A DNA stretch of 64,000 bases from an uncultured Gemmatimonadales bacterium (GCA_963798845.1 CAWCUS010000005.1:256001-320000); one strand, 5' to 3'; numbered from the stretch's first letter, positions 37,919 through 48,512 are shown. The notes: a model not told the origin generated them from the sequence alone. Numbers and translations: made by a program.

Positions 37919-39988
37919 GTGATCCGGGCCTTCTTCCGGAACCTGTCCCTCAGCGCCAAGCTGATCGCGAGCTATCTCGTCTTTCTCGGGATCGGCGGCC
38001 TGGCCATCACGGTGGTAGGCTCCACCATCGTGAGCTCCACCATCATGGCGGAGGCCGAACGCACGGTGAGCCACGACCTCGCCATCGCCCGGGCGATGTA
38101 CCGCCAGGACGTGCGGCTCCTCGACCGCACCGTGCGCGTGGCCGCCGCCGGAGACGAGCTCCGCGACCTCCTGCTGAGCGACGACACCGCGGCCATCCGC
38201 AGCTACCTCGGCCGGGTCCGCGCTCCCGGGCGTATGGACTTCCTGTCCGTGGCCGGCCCCGACGGCCGAGTCAGGGTCCGGGCTGCCCCCGGAGGCACCC
38301 GGCTCGATGATGCCGGCGCGCTCCCGGTGGTGGCGCAGGCGCTCGAGACCGGTCGGCCGCAGTCGGGGACCATGGTCATGTCCGCCGCCGAGCTCGAGCG
38401 GGAGGACCCGGCGCTGCGGACGCGCGCCCGCGTGCGCCTCAGCCCGACCCCCCGGGCAGAGCCCTCGGCGCGCCGCGAGGTCACGTCCGGCCTCGTCCTC
38501 TCCGCGGCCGCCCCCCTGCGCGCCGCCGACGGCCGCACCGTAGGGGTCCTCTACGCCGGACACCTGCTCAACGGCGACTTCGGGATCGTGGACGCCGTCT
38601 GGAACGAGCTGTACCGGGACAACACCAGCGGCGTGGGGGAGCTCGCCGGCACGGTCACCCTCTTCCTCGGCGACGTGCGCGTCTCCACCAACGTCCGCAC
38701 ACCCACGGGGGAGCGCGCCACGGGCACGCGCGTGTCGGCCCCGGTGGCCGAAGCGGTGCTGCAGCAAGGCGAGCGGTGGAACGGGCGCGCCTTCGTCGTG
38801 GACGACTGGTTCATCACCGCGTATGAGCCGCTGCGCGACGTCACCGGCAGAATCGTCGGGATGCTCTACGTCGGGCTGCCGGAGGCCTCCTACGTGGCCA
38901 CGCGCAACCGCGTCATCCTGTCCTTCATCGGGATCGCGACGGTCGGCTTCCTCCTCGTTCTCGCGGTCACCTACATCGGCATCCAGCGCATGACCCGGCC
39001 GCTCGCCCAGATGGTCGACGCCACGCGCAGCATCGCCGGGGGCGACTTCGACCACGAAGTGGAGGTCGACCCGCGCTCCGAAGGCGAGATCTCCCGCCTC
39101 GCCGGCTCCTTCAACTTCATGCTCCAGGGGCTGCGAGAGATGCGCGGCGACGTCGAGGAGTGGGCGCTGACGCTGGAAGAGAAGGTCCGCGAACGGACGG
39201 CTGAGCTGGTCAAGATGCAGGCCAGGGTGGCCCAGTCGGAGCGGCTGGCGTCGCTCGGGATGCTCGCCGCCGGCGTCGCCCACGAGGTGAACAATCCGCT
39301 GGGCGGCATCCTGGCGCTGACGTCGCTCACCCTCGAGGAGCTTCCCGAAGACCACCCGGAGCGGGAGAACCTGGAGGAAGTGGTCCGGCAGACCGAGCGC
39401 TGCCGCGACCTCGTCAAGCACCTCCTGGAGTTCTCACGCCAGACCGAGGTGAGCCCGGAGGAGATGAGCCTCAACGACGTGATCGAGCGCACGCTCGCCC
39501 TGCTGCGCCGCCAGTCGCTCTTCTTCAACGTCCGTGTCGACACGCACCTCGACCCCGACCTGCCCCCGATCTTCGGCGACAGCTCCCAGCTCGAGCAGGT
39601 GTTCATGAACATCCTCATGAACGCCGTCCAGGCCATGGACGAGCAGGGCACGATCACCATCACCACGCAACGTGCCGCCGGCGACGATGCCTTCGTCGAG
39701 CTCCTCTTCGCCGACACCGGCAAAGGCATCCCCCCGGAGCACCTCGGGCGCATCTTCGACCCCTTCTTCAGCACCGGCAAGGGCGGCCAGGGCACCGGTC
39801 TCGGACTCTCCATCGCCTACGGCATCATCAGCAAACACCGGGGCACCATCTCCGTCGAGAGCGACGTCGGCGTCGGCACCAGCTTCACCATCCGCCTCCC
39901 CGTCGCCGCCCGCTTTGCCGGCGCCGCCGAGGAGGACGGGATCGGGATTCCGGTCGTCGCCTGGCTCGGATCAGGAGGAGCAGAATGA
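37919..39988 (+). CDS. Membrane sensor histidine kinase (Cache-HAMP-HisKA-HATPase)
   Basis: Two TM segments around a Cache domain (TLFLGDVRVSTNV..GERATGT); LAAGVAHEVNNPL; FDPFFST; GTGLGL. Confidence 0.93.
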   Translation: MIRAFFRNLSLSAKLIASYLVFLGIGGLAITVVGSTIVSSTIMAEAERTVSHDLAIARAMYRQDVRLLDRTVRVAAAGDELRDLLLSDDTAAIRSYLGRVRAPGRMDFLSVAGPDGRVRVRAAPGGTRLDDAGALPVVAQALETGRPQSGTMVMSAAELEREDPALRTRARVRLSPTPRAEPSARREVTSGLVLSAAAPLRAADGRTVGVLYAGHLLNGDFGIVDAVWNELYRDNTSGVGELAGTVTLFLGDVRVSTNVRTPTGERATGTRVSAPVAEAVLQQGERWNGRAFVVDDWFITAYEPLRDVTGRIVGMLYVGLPEASYVATRNRVILSFIGIATVGFLLVLAVTYIGIQRMTRPLAQMVDATRSIAGGDFDHEVEVDPRSEGEISRLAGSFNFMLQGLREMRGDVEEWALTLEEKVRERTAELVKMQARVAQSERLASLGMLAAGVAHEVNNPLGGILALTSLTLEELPEDHPERENLEEVVRQTERCRDLVKHLLEFSRQTEVSPEEMSLNDVIERTLALLRRQSLFFNVRVDTHLDPDLPPIFGDSSQLEQVFMNILMNAVQAMDEQGTITITTQRAAGDDAFVELLFADTGKGIPPEHLGRIFDPFFSTGKGGQGTGLGLSIAYGIISKHRGTISVESDVGVGTSFTIRLPVAARFAGAAEEDGIGIPVVAWLGSGGAE

Positions 39989-40455
39989 CCGCTGAGCATC
40001 CCGTACTCGTCGTGGGCCTCGGGAATCCCCTCTCCGGCGACAATGGCGTCGGCTGCGCCCTCGCCCATGCCCTCGCCGCCCGCGCCGACCTCCCCGCCCA
40101 CGTCGAGGTCATCGAAGGCGGCAGCGACCTCCTCCGCCTCGAAAGCCGCCTCGAGGACCGCCGCTGGATCCTCCTCGTCGACGCCCTCCTCGACCCCGAC
40201 CAGCCCGGACGCCTGCTCCGCTTCGACGGCGACCTCGACGAGCTCGACCACCACGGCGGCAGCGTACACCACATGCCGCCCACCGCCGCCCTGCGCCTGC
40301 TCCGCTGCCTCTACCCTGCCCTCGCCGCTGTCCCCGTCACCTTCCTCGGCGTCACCATCGACGGTGCCACCGTGAGCACCAGCCTCTCCCCCGAGCTCGA
40401 CGCCCGCCTCGACGACCTCGCCGACGAGATCCTCGGCCTCATCGCCGGACGCTAG
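39985..40455 (+). CDS. Hydrogenase maturation protease (HycI/HybD family)
   Basis: VVGLGNPLSGDNGVG; LLVDA; SVHH; ATGA overlap with the kinase gene. Confidence 0.88.
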   Translation: MTAEHPVLVVGLGNPLSGDNGVGCALAHALAARADLPAHVEVIEGGSDLLRLESRLEDRRWILLVDALLDPDQPGRLLRFDGDLDELDHHGGSVHHMPPTAALRLLRCLYPALAAVPVTFLGVTIDGATVSTSLSPELDARLDDLADEILGLIAGR

Positions 40456-40754
40456 CCGCCGACGGCGCGCCGCCCCGCCGTCCGCCGCGCGCCAGCGCGG
40501 GCTCTTCCGCGCCTGCCTTCGACGGCGACCGACCGCGGGCGCGTCGTTCCGGCCCATTGGCTCCGACCGGATGCAAGCGCCGCGGGTGTAGGGGTTTGCC
40601 TGACATCCTGCGGCCCTCGACGTAGGGAAACACACCACAACACTCTTGCGCTTTGGGTCGGGCGGATCCATCGTCCGCTTTTACAATGCCAAGGTCCAGA
40701 ACCGGCGGCAGCCGTCCCGGCTACGCCCGGATCCCCCCTGTTTCGGAGGTTTGG

Positions 40755-42743
40755 ATGCGTTCAAGCGCAGTTCTACCCGTGTGGGCTCGACCGGGGCTCG
40801 CCGCGGGTCCAGTGCTCGCCCTGTTCCTTCTTGCCGGCTGCGATGCCGGCGGACCCGCGAGCCTGATCTCCGCCGAAACGCCGAGCGCGGAGATCGTCGA
40901 TGGCGCGCACGGCGGGAGCTACGGCGGTTTCCTGTTCCTGCCGCCGATGGTCGCGAACCCGGACCTGAGCGGACAGACGCCGATCGGGGGCCTGGCCCCG
41001 CGCGTGGAGGTCTGCGTCGTGGACATGAGCGCGCAGCCGTGGGAGTGCGACGGTGCTTCAGTTCTGACGTTCGGGCCTGCGCAGATCGCGTACGTGAGCG
41101 ATCACTATCAGGTCGACTGGGACACGCAGAACCCGTTTCCCGTGGAGCCGACGTCGACGGGCGATACGACCACGTATAGGCTGACCGTATTTCTGGGATC
41201 GGTGGCGCTGGGCCACGTGGACCTGCAGTTCGGGAGCAACGGGGGGTCGGCGAAGAACCTGAGCACCTCCGACGTGGTGGGGTTGAAGGACGGCCGTACC
41301 ATGCCGGTGAAGTTCTTCCTCGGCACCGAGCTCTACGACGACATCTGCGGCGACGGGAACGACTGCAAGCTGGCCACTGCATACCCGGGGCAGGACAACC
41401 TGATCGTGACGCGGGATGGCGACGCGCTCCTCTACATCCCCGAGGGCGCGCTGCCGCCGGGCGGGCCGTACCACGTGACGATCGAAGAGAAGGCCTGCAC
41501 GCTCAACTTCCCGGCGGACCTGCCGCAGGGATCCTATCTCCCGGAGTACAACTCGTGCTACGAGTACACGATCGATGAGGACCCGACGCTGCTCGCGCCG
41601 TTGACGGTTGGCCAGTGCCGGGCAGACACGACGGAGATCCCGGCGGGTCACGAGGACGAGGTCCAGCTCGGGGCGCACCACACGGACCCGCCGGCGGGGG
41701 TTCCCGAGTACGAGCTGCTCCCGAACACCGATCTGCCGGCGGCGCTGAGCTGCGATGACTACACGCCGCCCGGCACGCAGATCAGCTTCCTGAGACGCGG
41801 GATCCGCGGCGTTCGGGACTTCTTCCTGGGCGAGCCGGCGTACGCGGGGCACCTGGGGCTGGGAGGGAGCGTCCGCGACCTGTCCACGATCAAGTGGGTG
41901 GACCCGGGTCTGCGGGTGGCGGGCTACACGACGGCCCGGGGTGGATTCGTCGGGGTCCGGTCCGTTGCGCTGGCCGACGCCATGAGCGTGCTCGTGGGGC
42001 AGTACGGCTATGTCTGGCGCGACACGGCCTCGACGCTGAGCTCGTCGCTCTTCGACCCGGACGTGGACGTGGCGCTGCTGGGCACGGGCGCCTCGAACGG
42101 GTCGACGATCTCGGCCCTGAGCTCGGCTGAACAGAGTGCCCTGCACGACTTCGTGGCGAACGGCGGCTGCGCGATCCTGCTGCCGGACAACGACACGTTC
42201 GGCGGGACCGGTACGGACGCGGTGAACGAGAGCCTGATCGACCCGTTCGGCCTGGATATCACAGGAACGCTCAACAATCAGCGGACGGCGACCACGAGCG
42301 GCAACCTAGCGGTCGTCAGCGGCGTCCCGAGCTTCCTCCAGAACTACCCCGGGTGGTTCGATGGGACCGGTGCTGGAACGCCGTTCGCCAGCAACGACGG
42401 CGGGGTGGCCGCGCTGGAGATCGAGCCTGGCGTGATCGGCACAGGCTCGGGCCCCGTGTTCGCCTTCAGTGACGTGAACCAGTTCTTCGGCGGCAACGCT
42501 GCCGGGTTGATCGGCAACCTCAGCAATCAGAAGCTGCTCCTGAACTCGGTCGCCGCCTGCGGCACCGAGCCGGCACCGCCTCCCCCCCGCCGGTCGATTG
42601 ATGATTGGCCGCGGACAGGCCCGGGCGTCGTCGCGCCCGGGCCGCCGCGCTCGGAGAAGGGGGAAGCTCCCGTGCGGCTTCCCGGCACACTCCGCCGGGG
42701 AGCCGCCACGGGCATTCGGCGGGGGGTCCTGCCGGACCTGTGA
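40755..42743 (+). CDS. Large Cys-containing hypothetical lipoprotein
   Basis: GGAGG SD; lipobox LAGC; beta-rich N-terminal half; C-terminal half resembles a GATase/ThuA-like fold (weak). True end may be near 42601. Confidence 0.7.
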   Translation: MRSSAVLPVWARPGLAAGPVLALFLLAGCDAGGPASLISAETPSAEIVDGAHGGSYGGFLFLPPMVANPDLSGQTPIGGLAPRVEVCVVDMSAQPWECDGASVLTFGPAQIAYVSDHYQVDWDTQNPFPVEPTSTGDTTTYRLTVFLGSVALGHVDLQFGSNGGSAKNLSTSDVVGLKDGRTMPVKFFLGTELYDDICGDGNDCKLATAYPGQDNLIVTRDGDALLYIPEGALPPGGPYHVTIEEKACTLNFPADLPQGSYLPEYNSCYEYTIDEDPTLLAPLTVGQCRADTTEIPAGHEDEVQLGAHHTDPPAGVPEYELLPNTDLPAALSCDDYTPPGTQISFLRRGIRGVRDFFLGEPAYAGHLGLGGSVRDLSTIKWVDPGLRVAGYTTARGGFVGVRSVALADAMSVLVGQYGYVWRDTASTLSSSLFDPDVDVALLGTGASNGSTISALSSAEQSALHDFVANGGCAILLPDNDTFGGTGTDAVNESLIDPFGLDITGTLNNQRTATTSGNLAVVSGVPSFLQNYPGWFDGTGAGTPFASNDGGVAALEIEPGVIGTGSGPVFAFSDVNQFFGGNAAGLIGNLSNQKLLLNSVAACGTEPAPPPPRRSIDDWPRTGPGVVAPGPPRSEKGEAPVRLPGTLRRGAATGIRRGVLPDL

Positions 42744-42761
42744 GCAGGAAGGGAAGCATCG

Positions 42762-44633
42762 ATGAGCACGATCCGCGAGCTGAAGCAGCGCCGATTCGTC
42801 CAGATCCTCCTCGGCTACCTGGCGGCCGGGTGGGTGGTCATCGAAGCGGTGGACCAGCTGGTCCAGAACGACCTGCTCCCCGGGCTGGTCTACCGGATCG
42901 CGCTGCTCTGGTTCGTGGTGGGAATTCCGGCCGCCGGGATCATCGCGTGGTTCCACGGCGAGCAGGGGCACCAGAAAGCGCCCCGGCGGGAGCTGGCGCT
43001 GCTCGCCCTGATCGTCCTCGGGCTGTTCGGGTTCACGGCCCGGACGGTGAACGGGCACATGGAGCTGGAGCGGGCCAGGGTCGGGGCGGAGGAGGCGGGG
43101 CTCGCGCCCAGCCGCATCGCGGTGCTGTACTTCACCGACCGCACGAGTGACGGCGAGCTCGGGTCGCTGGCCGACGCGTTCACCGAGGACCTGATCCGCG
43201 AGCTCTCCCGGGTCCCGGACCTGGACGTGGTGAGCGCGAACGGTGTGCGGCCGTACCGTGGCGAGGAGGACCCCGACGTGGTGGCCGTGGCCGACACGCT
43301 GAAGGCCGGGACGGTGGTGGAAGGGTCGATCGGCAAGGGGAAGGACGGTGTCGCCGTGGACCTCGCGCTGGTTGACGGCGGAAGCGGCGCAGTCTTCCGG
43401 CGAGCCAGCCTGGAAGTCCCGATCCCGGTCTACGTCGAGGGCGGGACGCGGCTGGCGCGCGAGGCCGCCCGGATGCTCCGCGAGCGCCTCGGGGAGGAAG
43501 TCACGCTGAGAGAGACGCGCAGCGAGACCGACAACACCACGGCGTGGAGTCGGCTGCAGCAGGGCAAGCGGGCGATGAAGGACGCCGAGGACGCGCTGGA
43601 CGCGGACGACCCGGACCGCGCCGACGCCCTGTACCAGCAGGCCGATTCGCTCCTCGCCGTCGCAGCGACGCTGGACACCGTGTGGGCCAGGCCCATGGCG
43701 CTCCGGTCAGAAGTCGCGTATCGCCGGGCGAGGATCCCGGCGCAGCTGTCTGCGGGCCTGCCTCAGACGCTGGCGGCGATCCGCTACGGCGACGAGGCGG
43801 TCTCGCGCGATCCCACGAGCGGAGCGGCGCTGGAGGCCCGCGGCACCGCGCGGTACTTTCGTGCCCTCACCGATCCGGATCTGGAGTCGGCGGTACGTGA
43901 CGCCCTGATCACATCGGCGCGGGAGGACCTCGAAGCGGCGGTGCAGCGCGACCCGCACCGGGCCTCCGCCTTCGCCATGCTCTCGCACCTGTACTACAAC
44001 GACCCGAGCGCGCCCGGTCTCACGGCCGTGCTCGTGGCGGCCAAGCGCGCGTACGAGGAGGACGCCTACCTGGAATCGGCGGCGAACGTGCTCTGGCGGA
44101 TCCACACGGCGGCGCTGGACATCGGCCAGTTCCCACCGGCCGTGGACGCTTGCCAGGAGGGCCAGCGGCGCTTCCCGGACGACTACCGCTTCCGCATCTG
44201 CGGCATCCGTCTCATGGCGTCGCCGGCGCTGGCAGCGGATCCCGATTCGGCGTGGCAGCTCGCCGCCGCGGCCGACTCCCTCACACCGGAGAGCGACCGG
44301 GAGTACTTCCACGTCGAGAACCGGCTCTTCATCGCCGCCGTCCTGCAGCGGGCCGGCCGCACCGACAGCGCACGGGCGGTGCTGGCCCGGGCGGCGCCGA
44401 AAGCCGACGACGCACGCATCGACCCGCACCGCGACCTGTGGCTGCGGGAGGCGATCGTCCGGAGCCGGCTGGGGGATACGCGGGAAGCCGTAGCGCTGGT
44501 GCGCAAGTACCTGGTCGCGAACCCCGGCCACCACTTCGACCAGAAGGACGGCCTGTCCTGGTGGTGGCGCGACCTGGAGCCCGTCCCCGCGTTCCGTCAG
44601 CTGCTGGCGCTGCAGAGCACCGAGGACCATTGA
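42762..44633 (+). CDS. Membrane-anchored TolB-N-like/TPR protein
   Basis: ELKQRRFVQILLGYLAAGW three-TM N-terminus; IAVLYF..TEDLIRELS..VVEGS; TPR-like helical repeats. Confidence 0.8.
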   Translation: MSTIRELKQRRFVQILLGYLAAGWVVIEAVDQLVQNDLLPGLVYRIALLWFVVGIPAAGIIAWFHGEQGHQKAPRRELALLALIVLGLFGFTARTVNGHMELERARVGAEEAGLAPSRIAVLYFTDRTSDGELGSLADAFTEDLIRELSRVPDLDVVSANGVRPYRGEEDPDVVAVADTLKAGTVVEGSIGKGKDGVAVDLALVDGGSGAVFRRASLEVPIPVYVEGGTRLAREAARMLRERLGEEVTLRETRSETDNTTAWSRLQQGKRAMKDAEDALDADDPDRADALYQQADSLLAVAATLDTVWARPMALRSEVAYRRARIPAQLSAGLPQTLAAIRYGDEAVSRDPTSGAALEARGTARYFRALTDPDLESAVRDALITSAREDLEAAVQRDPHRASAFAMLSHLYYNDPSAPGLTAVLVAAKRAYEEDAYLESAANVLWRIHTAALDIGQFPPAVDACQEGQRRFPDDYRFRICGIRLMASPALAADPDSAWQLAAAADSLTPESDREYFHVENRLFIAAVLQRAGRTDSARAVLARAAPKADDARIDPHRDLWLREAIVRSRLGDTREAVALVRKYLVANPGHHFDQKDGLSWWWRDLEPVPAFRQLLALQSTEDH

Positions 44634-44716
44634 CGCAGGCACTTCCCGCAATCCACGGCGCCCGCGCGGCGACCGGTCACGGGCCGACCTCAATCCCATC
44701 GAAGGAGTCACAGGAA

Positions 44717-45211
44717 ATGGATCACCAGTCGAACGGTTCTTCCGCCCCCGCAGATTACCGGCGCGTGCGCGTGACGCTCCGCTACATCGAGATCCTGGAC
44801 AGCAAGGACGTGGACATCTACGGCGAGTTTCGCTTCCGCTTCCGCGCGGGTGTGCCGGAGCGAGACCTCCTGGTTGAGACCCGGATCCCGGAAGATCCGA
44901 AGGCCCACCTGTCGATCTCGGAGCACCCTGCGATGAACCGCGTCACGCTGAACAACGTGCTCTTCGAAGGCGAGATCGCAGCCGACGAGTCGCTGGTCGT
45001 GGAGGCGGAAGGCGAGGAGCTTGACCGGTTCAGCCCTAACGACCCGCTGACGCCCTACCGCCGGATGTTCGCGGCACCCATCGACGACGTGCTCGGCGAG
45101 CACGGGCCGTGGGACGAGGGCAGCGAAGACGACAAGGATCCCGAGCAGCTGGGCGACTGGCGCTTCGCCTACGCCATCGAAGCGGTGGACACGGCCCCCG
45201 CCACCAACTGA
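44717..45211 (+). CDS. Hypothetical acidic protein
   Basis: SD-like AGGA upstream; strong GC3 bias; beta-rich. Confidence 0.7.
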   Translation: MDHQSNGSSAPADYRRVRVTLRYIEILDSKDVDIYGEFRFRFRAGVPERDLLVETRIPEDPKAHLSISEHPAMNRVTLNNVLFEGEIAADESLVVEAEGEELDRFSPNDPLTPYRRMFAAPIDDVLGEHGPWDEGSEDDKDPEQLGDWRFAYAIEAVDTAPATN

Positions 45212-45212
45212 T

Positions 45213-45253
45213 CCCGCCCCCCTCCCCCCTCCCCCCTCCCCCCTCCCCGCCCC
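45213..45253 (-). repeat. Interrupted poly-C tract (G-runs on minus strand)
   Basis: Repeated C4-C6 runs separated by single T/G, between convergent genes. Confidence 0.8.
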
Positions 45254-45299
45254 GACCGCTTCACGCCCGGGAGGGCGGCGGCCGGACCCACCCGAGACG

Positions 45300-45337
45300 C
45301 GGCGGTGGGAGCGTTCCCCCTGGCGCTCCCCCCGCCG
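45300..45337. terminator. Hairpin between convergent genes
   Basis: CGGCGG-T-GGGAGCG pairs with CGCTCCC-C-CCGCCG. Confidence 0.5.
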
Positions 45338-45359
45338 TCCCGCCTGCAGCGGCTTCCCG

Positions 45360-46859
<1,500 letters not shown>

Positions 46860-46903
46860 GCGTATCTCTCCGTACGTGTCGCGGCTCCCCGCCTCGTGCT
46901 CGT

Positions 46904-47938
46904 TCAGGCTGTCGTTCGCCGCGCCCAGGCGGTGAACAACAGCGGCCCCTTTCCCTTCGGATCCCCCGGGAGACGGTGCACGCGGGCTTCGCCGAATCCC
47001 GCCTCCTCCAGCCACGCCCTCATCTGCCCGGGTTCGAAGCCCTGCCAGACGTGACCCATCCGCTCCCGGTACTCCTCCCGCCCGTGCGCCATCATGTCCA
47101 CCACCAGCACCTGCCCGCCGCGCCGCACGACTCGCGCCGCCTCCGCCAGCGCAAGCTCGGGCCGCGGAAGGTAGTGCAGAACCAGTGACAGGATCGCCAC
47201 GTCCAGCTCCCCGTCCTCCAGCGGCAGCGCCTCCAGACGCCCGCGCCGCAGCTCGATCCGGCCTCCGCCCGGATACGGGCACGACCCGGATCCGACAGTG
47301 CCCGGCGCTCTCAGATCCTCTTCGCCCACTTCGCCCACTTCGCCCGCCGGAGCCGCAGATCCGTTGAGCCCGAACCGCGTGGCCGCCCCAGCCAGCATGT
47401 CCTCGGACTCGTCCACCCCGATCACCCGCCGCACGTACGGCGCCACCGCCGCCGCCAGCTGGCCGGTCCCGCACCCCAGGTCGCCCACCTCCCACGACGG
47501 ATCCAGAAGCGCCAGCAGCGCCGGCAGCTCCGGTCTGCCGCCAAACAGCTCTGCCCGCACTTCATCCCAGTGCCCGGCCGCCGACGCGAAGAACTCCTGC
47601 GAGCGCGTGCGGCGCCGCGCGACGACATCCAGCGTCCGTTCCCGATCCTGCGCCGCTTCCGGCGACTCCGCCACCGCCGGCCGCACCACGTCCCACAGCT
47701 TCGCCGCGTCCGGCACAAGCTGCGACGAGAGCCGATAATAGCGGCTCGTCCCCTCCGAGCGCGTCGCCAGCCATCCCTCGTCGGAAAGGATCCGCAGGTG
47801 TCGGCTCACCGTCGACTGCGGCAGCTGAACCACGCCGACGAGCTCGGACACGGAGAGCTCGCTCGCCTCCAGGACGAGGAGGATCCTGCCCCGAGCCGGG
47901 TCGGCGAGAGAAGCGAGGCGGCGGAGGGTATGATTCAT
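46904..47938 (-). CDS. sahR: ArsR-HTH + SAM-binding methyltransferase regulator (SahR)
   Basis: [24 protein letters not shown]; directly upstream of ahcY. Confidence 0.88.
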   Translation of the reverse strand: MNHTLRRLASLADPARGRILLVLEASELSVSELVGVVQLPQSTVSRHLRILSDEGWLATRSEGTSRYYRLSSQLVPDAAKLWDVVRPAVAESPEAAQDRERTLDVVARRRTRSQEFFASAAGHWDEVRAELFGGRPELPALLALLDPSWEVGDLGCGTGQLAAAVAPYVRRVIGVDESEDMLAGAATRFGLNGSAAPAGEVGEVGEEDLRAPGTVGSGSCPYPGGGRIELRRGRLEALPLEDGELDVAILSLVLHYLPRPELALAEAARVVRRGGQVLVVDMMAHGREEYRERMGHVWQGFEPGQMRAWLEEAGFGEARVHRLPGDPKGKGPLLFTAWARRTTA

Positions 47939-47939
47939 G

Positions 47940-47957
47940 TATCCGGATGGATAGATA
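47940..47957. promoter_or_regulatory. Candidate SahR operator TATC-N10-GATA
   Basis: AT-rich imperfect palindrome adjoining the start codon; TTGACG at 47976-47971 on the minus strand. Confidence 0.5.
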
Positions 47958-48134
47958 AAGCAGCGGCGGACGTCAAGCCCTGGAGACGCGGCGCCGTCGA
48001 CCGTGACGGCTGGCCGTGGCCGGTGGATCGGTGGATGGTGCCCGGCGTATCGATTTCGGGGGTTCGGGCGTTAAGTTGGGGTAGCCTCGCGGGCAGACCG
48101 CGACGACCCTCCGGACCTGAACCGAGAGCGAGCC

Positions 48135-48512
48135 ATGCGGATGGTGGCGACGGCAATGCTGGCGGTAGCGATGACGACGGCGTGCGCTACGGCGGGTGGT
48201 GGCGGCCAGCGGACGACGCACAACCGGATCGTGTACGATGAGATCCAGAGGTCGGACCAGACGAACGCGCTGGACGTGATCAAGAGCATGCGGCCGCAAT
48301 GGCTGCGGACGCGGGGTCCGACGACGATCCTGGGGAGCGATCCTGTCATGCTGTACATCGACGGGATGCGGATGAACTACATCGACGAGCTCCAGACGAT
48401 CCCGCGCATGAACATCCAGGAGATCCGCTATTACCCGGCGTCGGAAGCGCAGGCGAAGTGGGGATTGAACCACACGAACGGCGCGATCGAGGTGATCACG
48501 AGACGCGGGTAG
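48135..48512 (+). CDS. Small lipoprotein, stand-alone TonB-receptor plug-like domain
   Basis: Lipobox TTAC; MRPQWLRTRG; YIDG; IQEIRYY; NGAIEVITR. Confidence 0.8.
   Translation: MRMVATAMLAVAMTTACATAGGGGQRTTHNRIVYDEIQRSDQTNALDVIKSMRPQWLRTRGPTTILGSDPVMLYIDGMRMNYIDELQTIPRMNIQEIRYYPASEAQAKWGLNHTNGAIEVITRRG

Noticed and set aside
46860..46903. SAH or SAM riboswitch upstream of ahcY
   Set aside because: Only 44 nt separate sahR and ahcY and no aptamer consensus is visible; a protein regulator explains the control.
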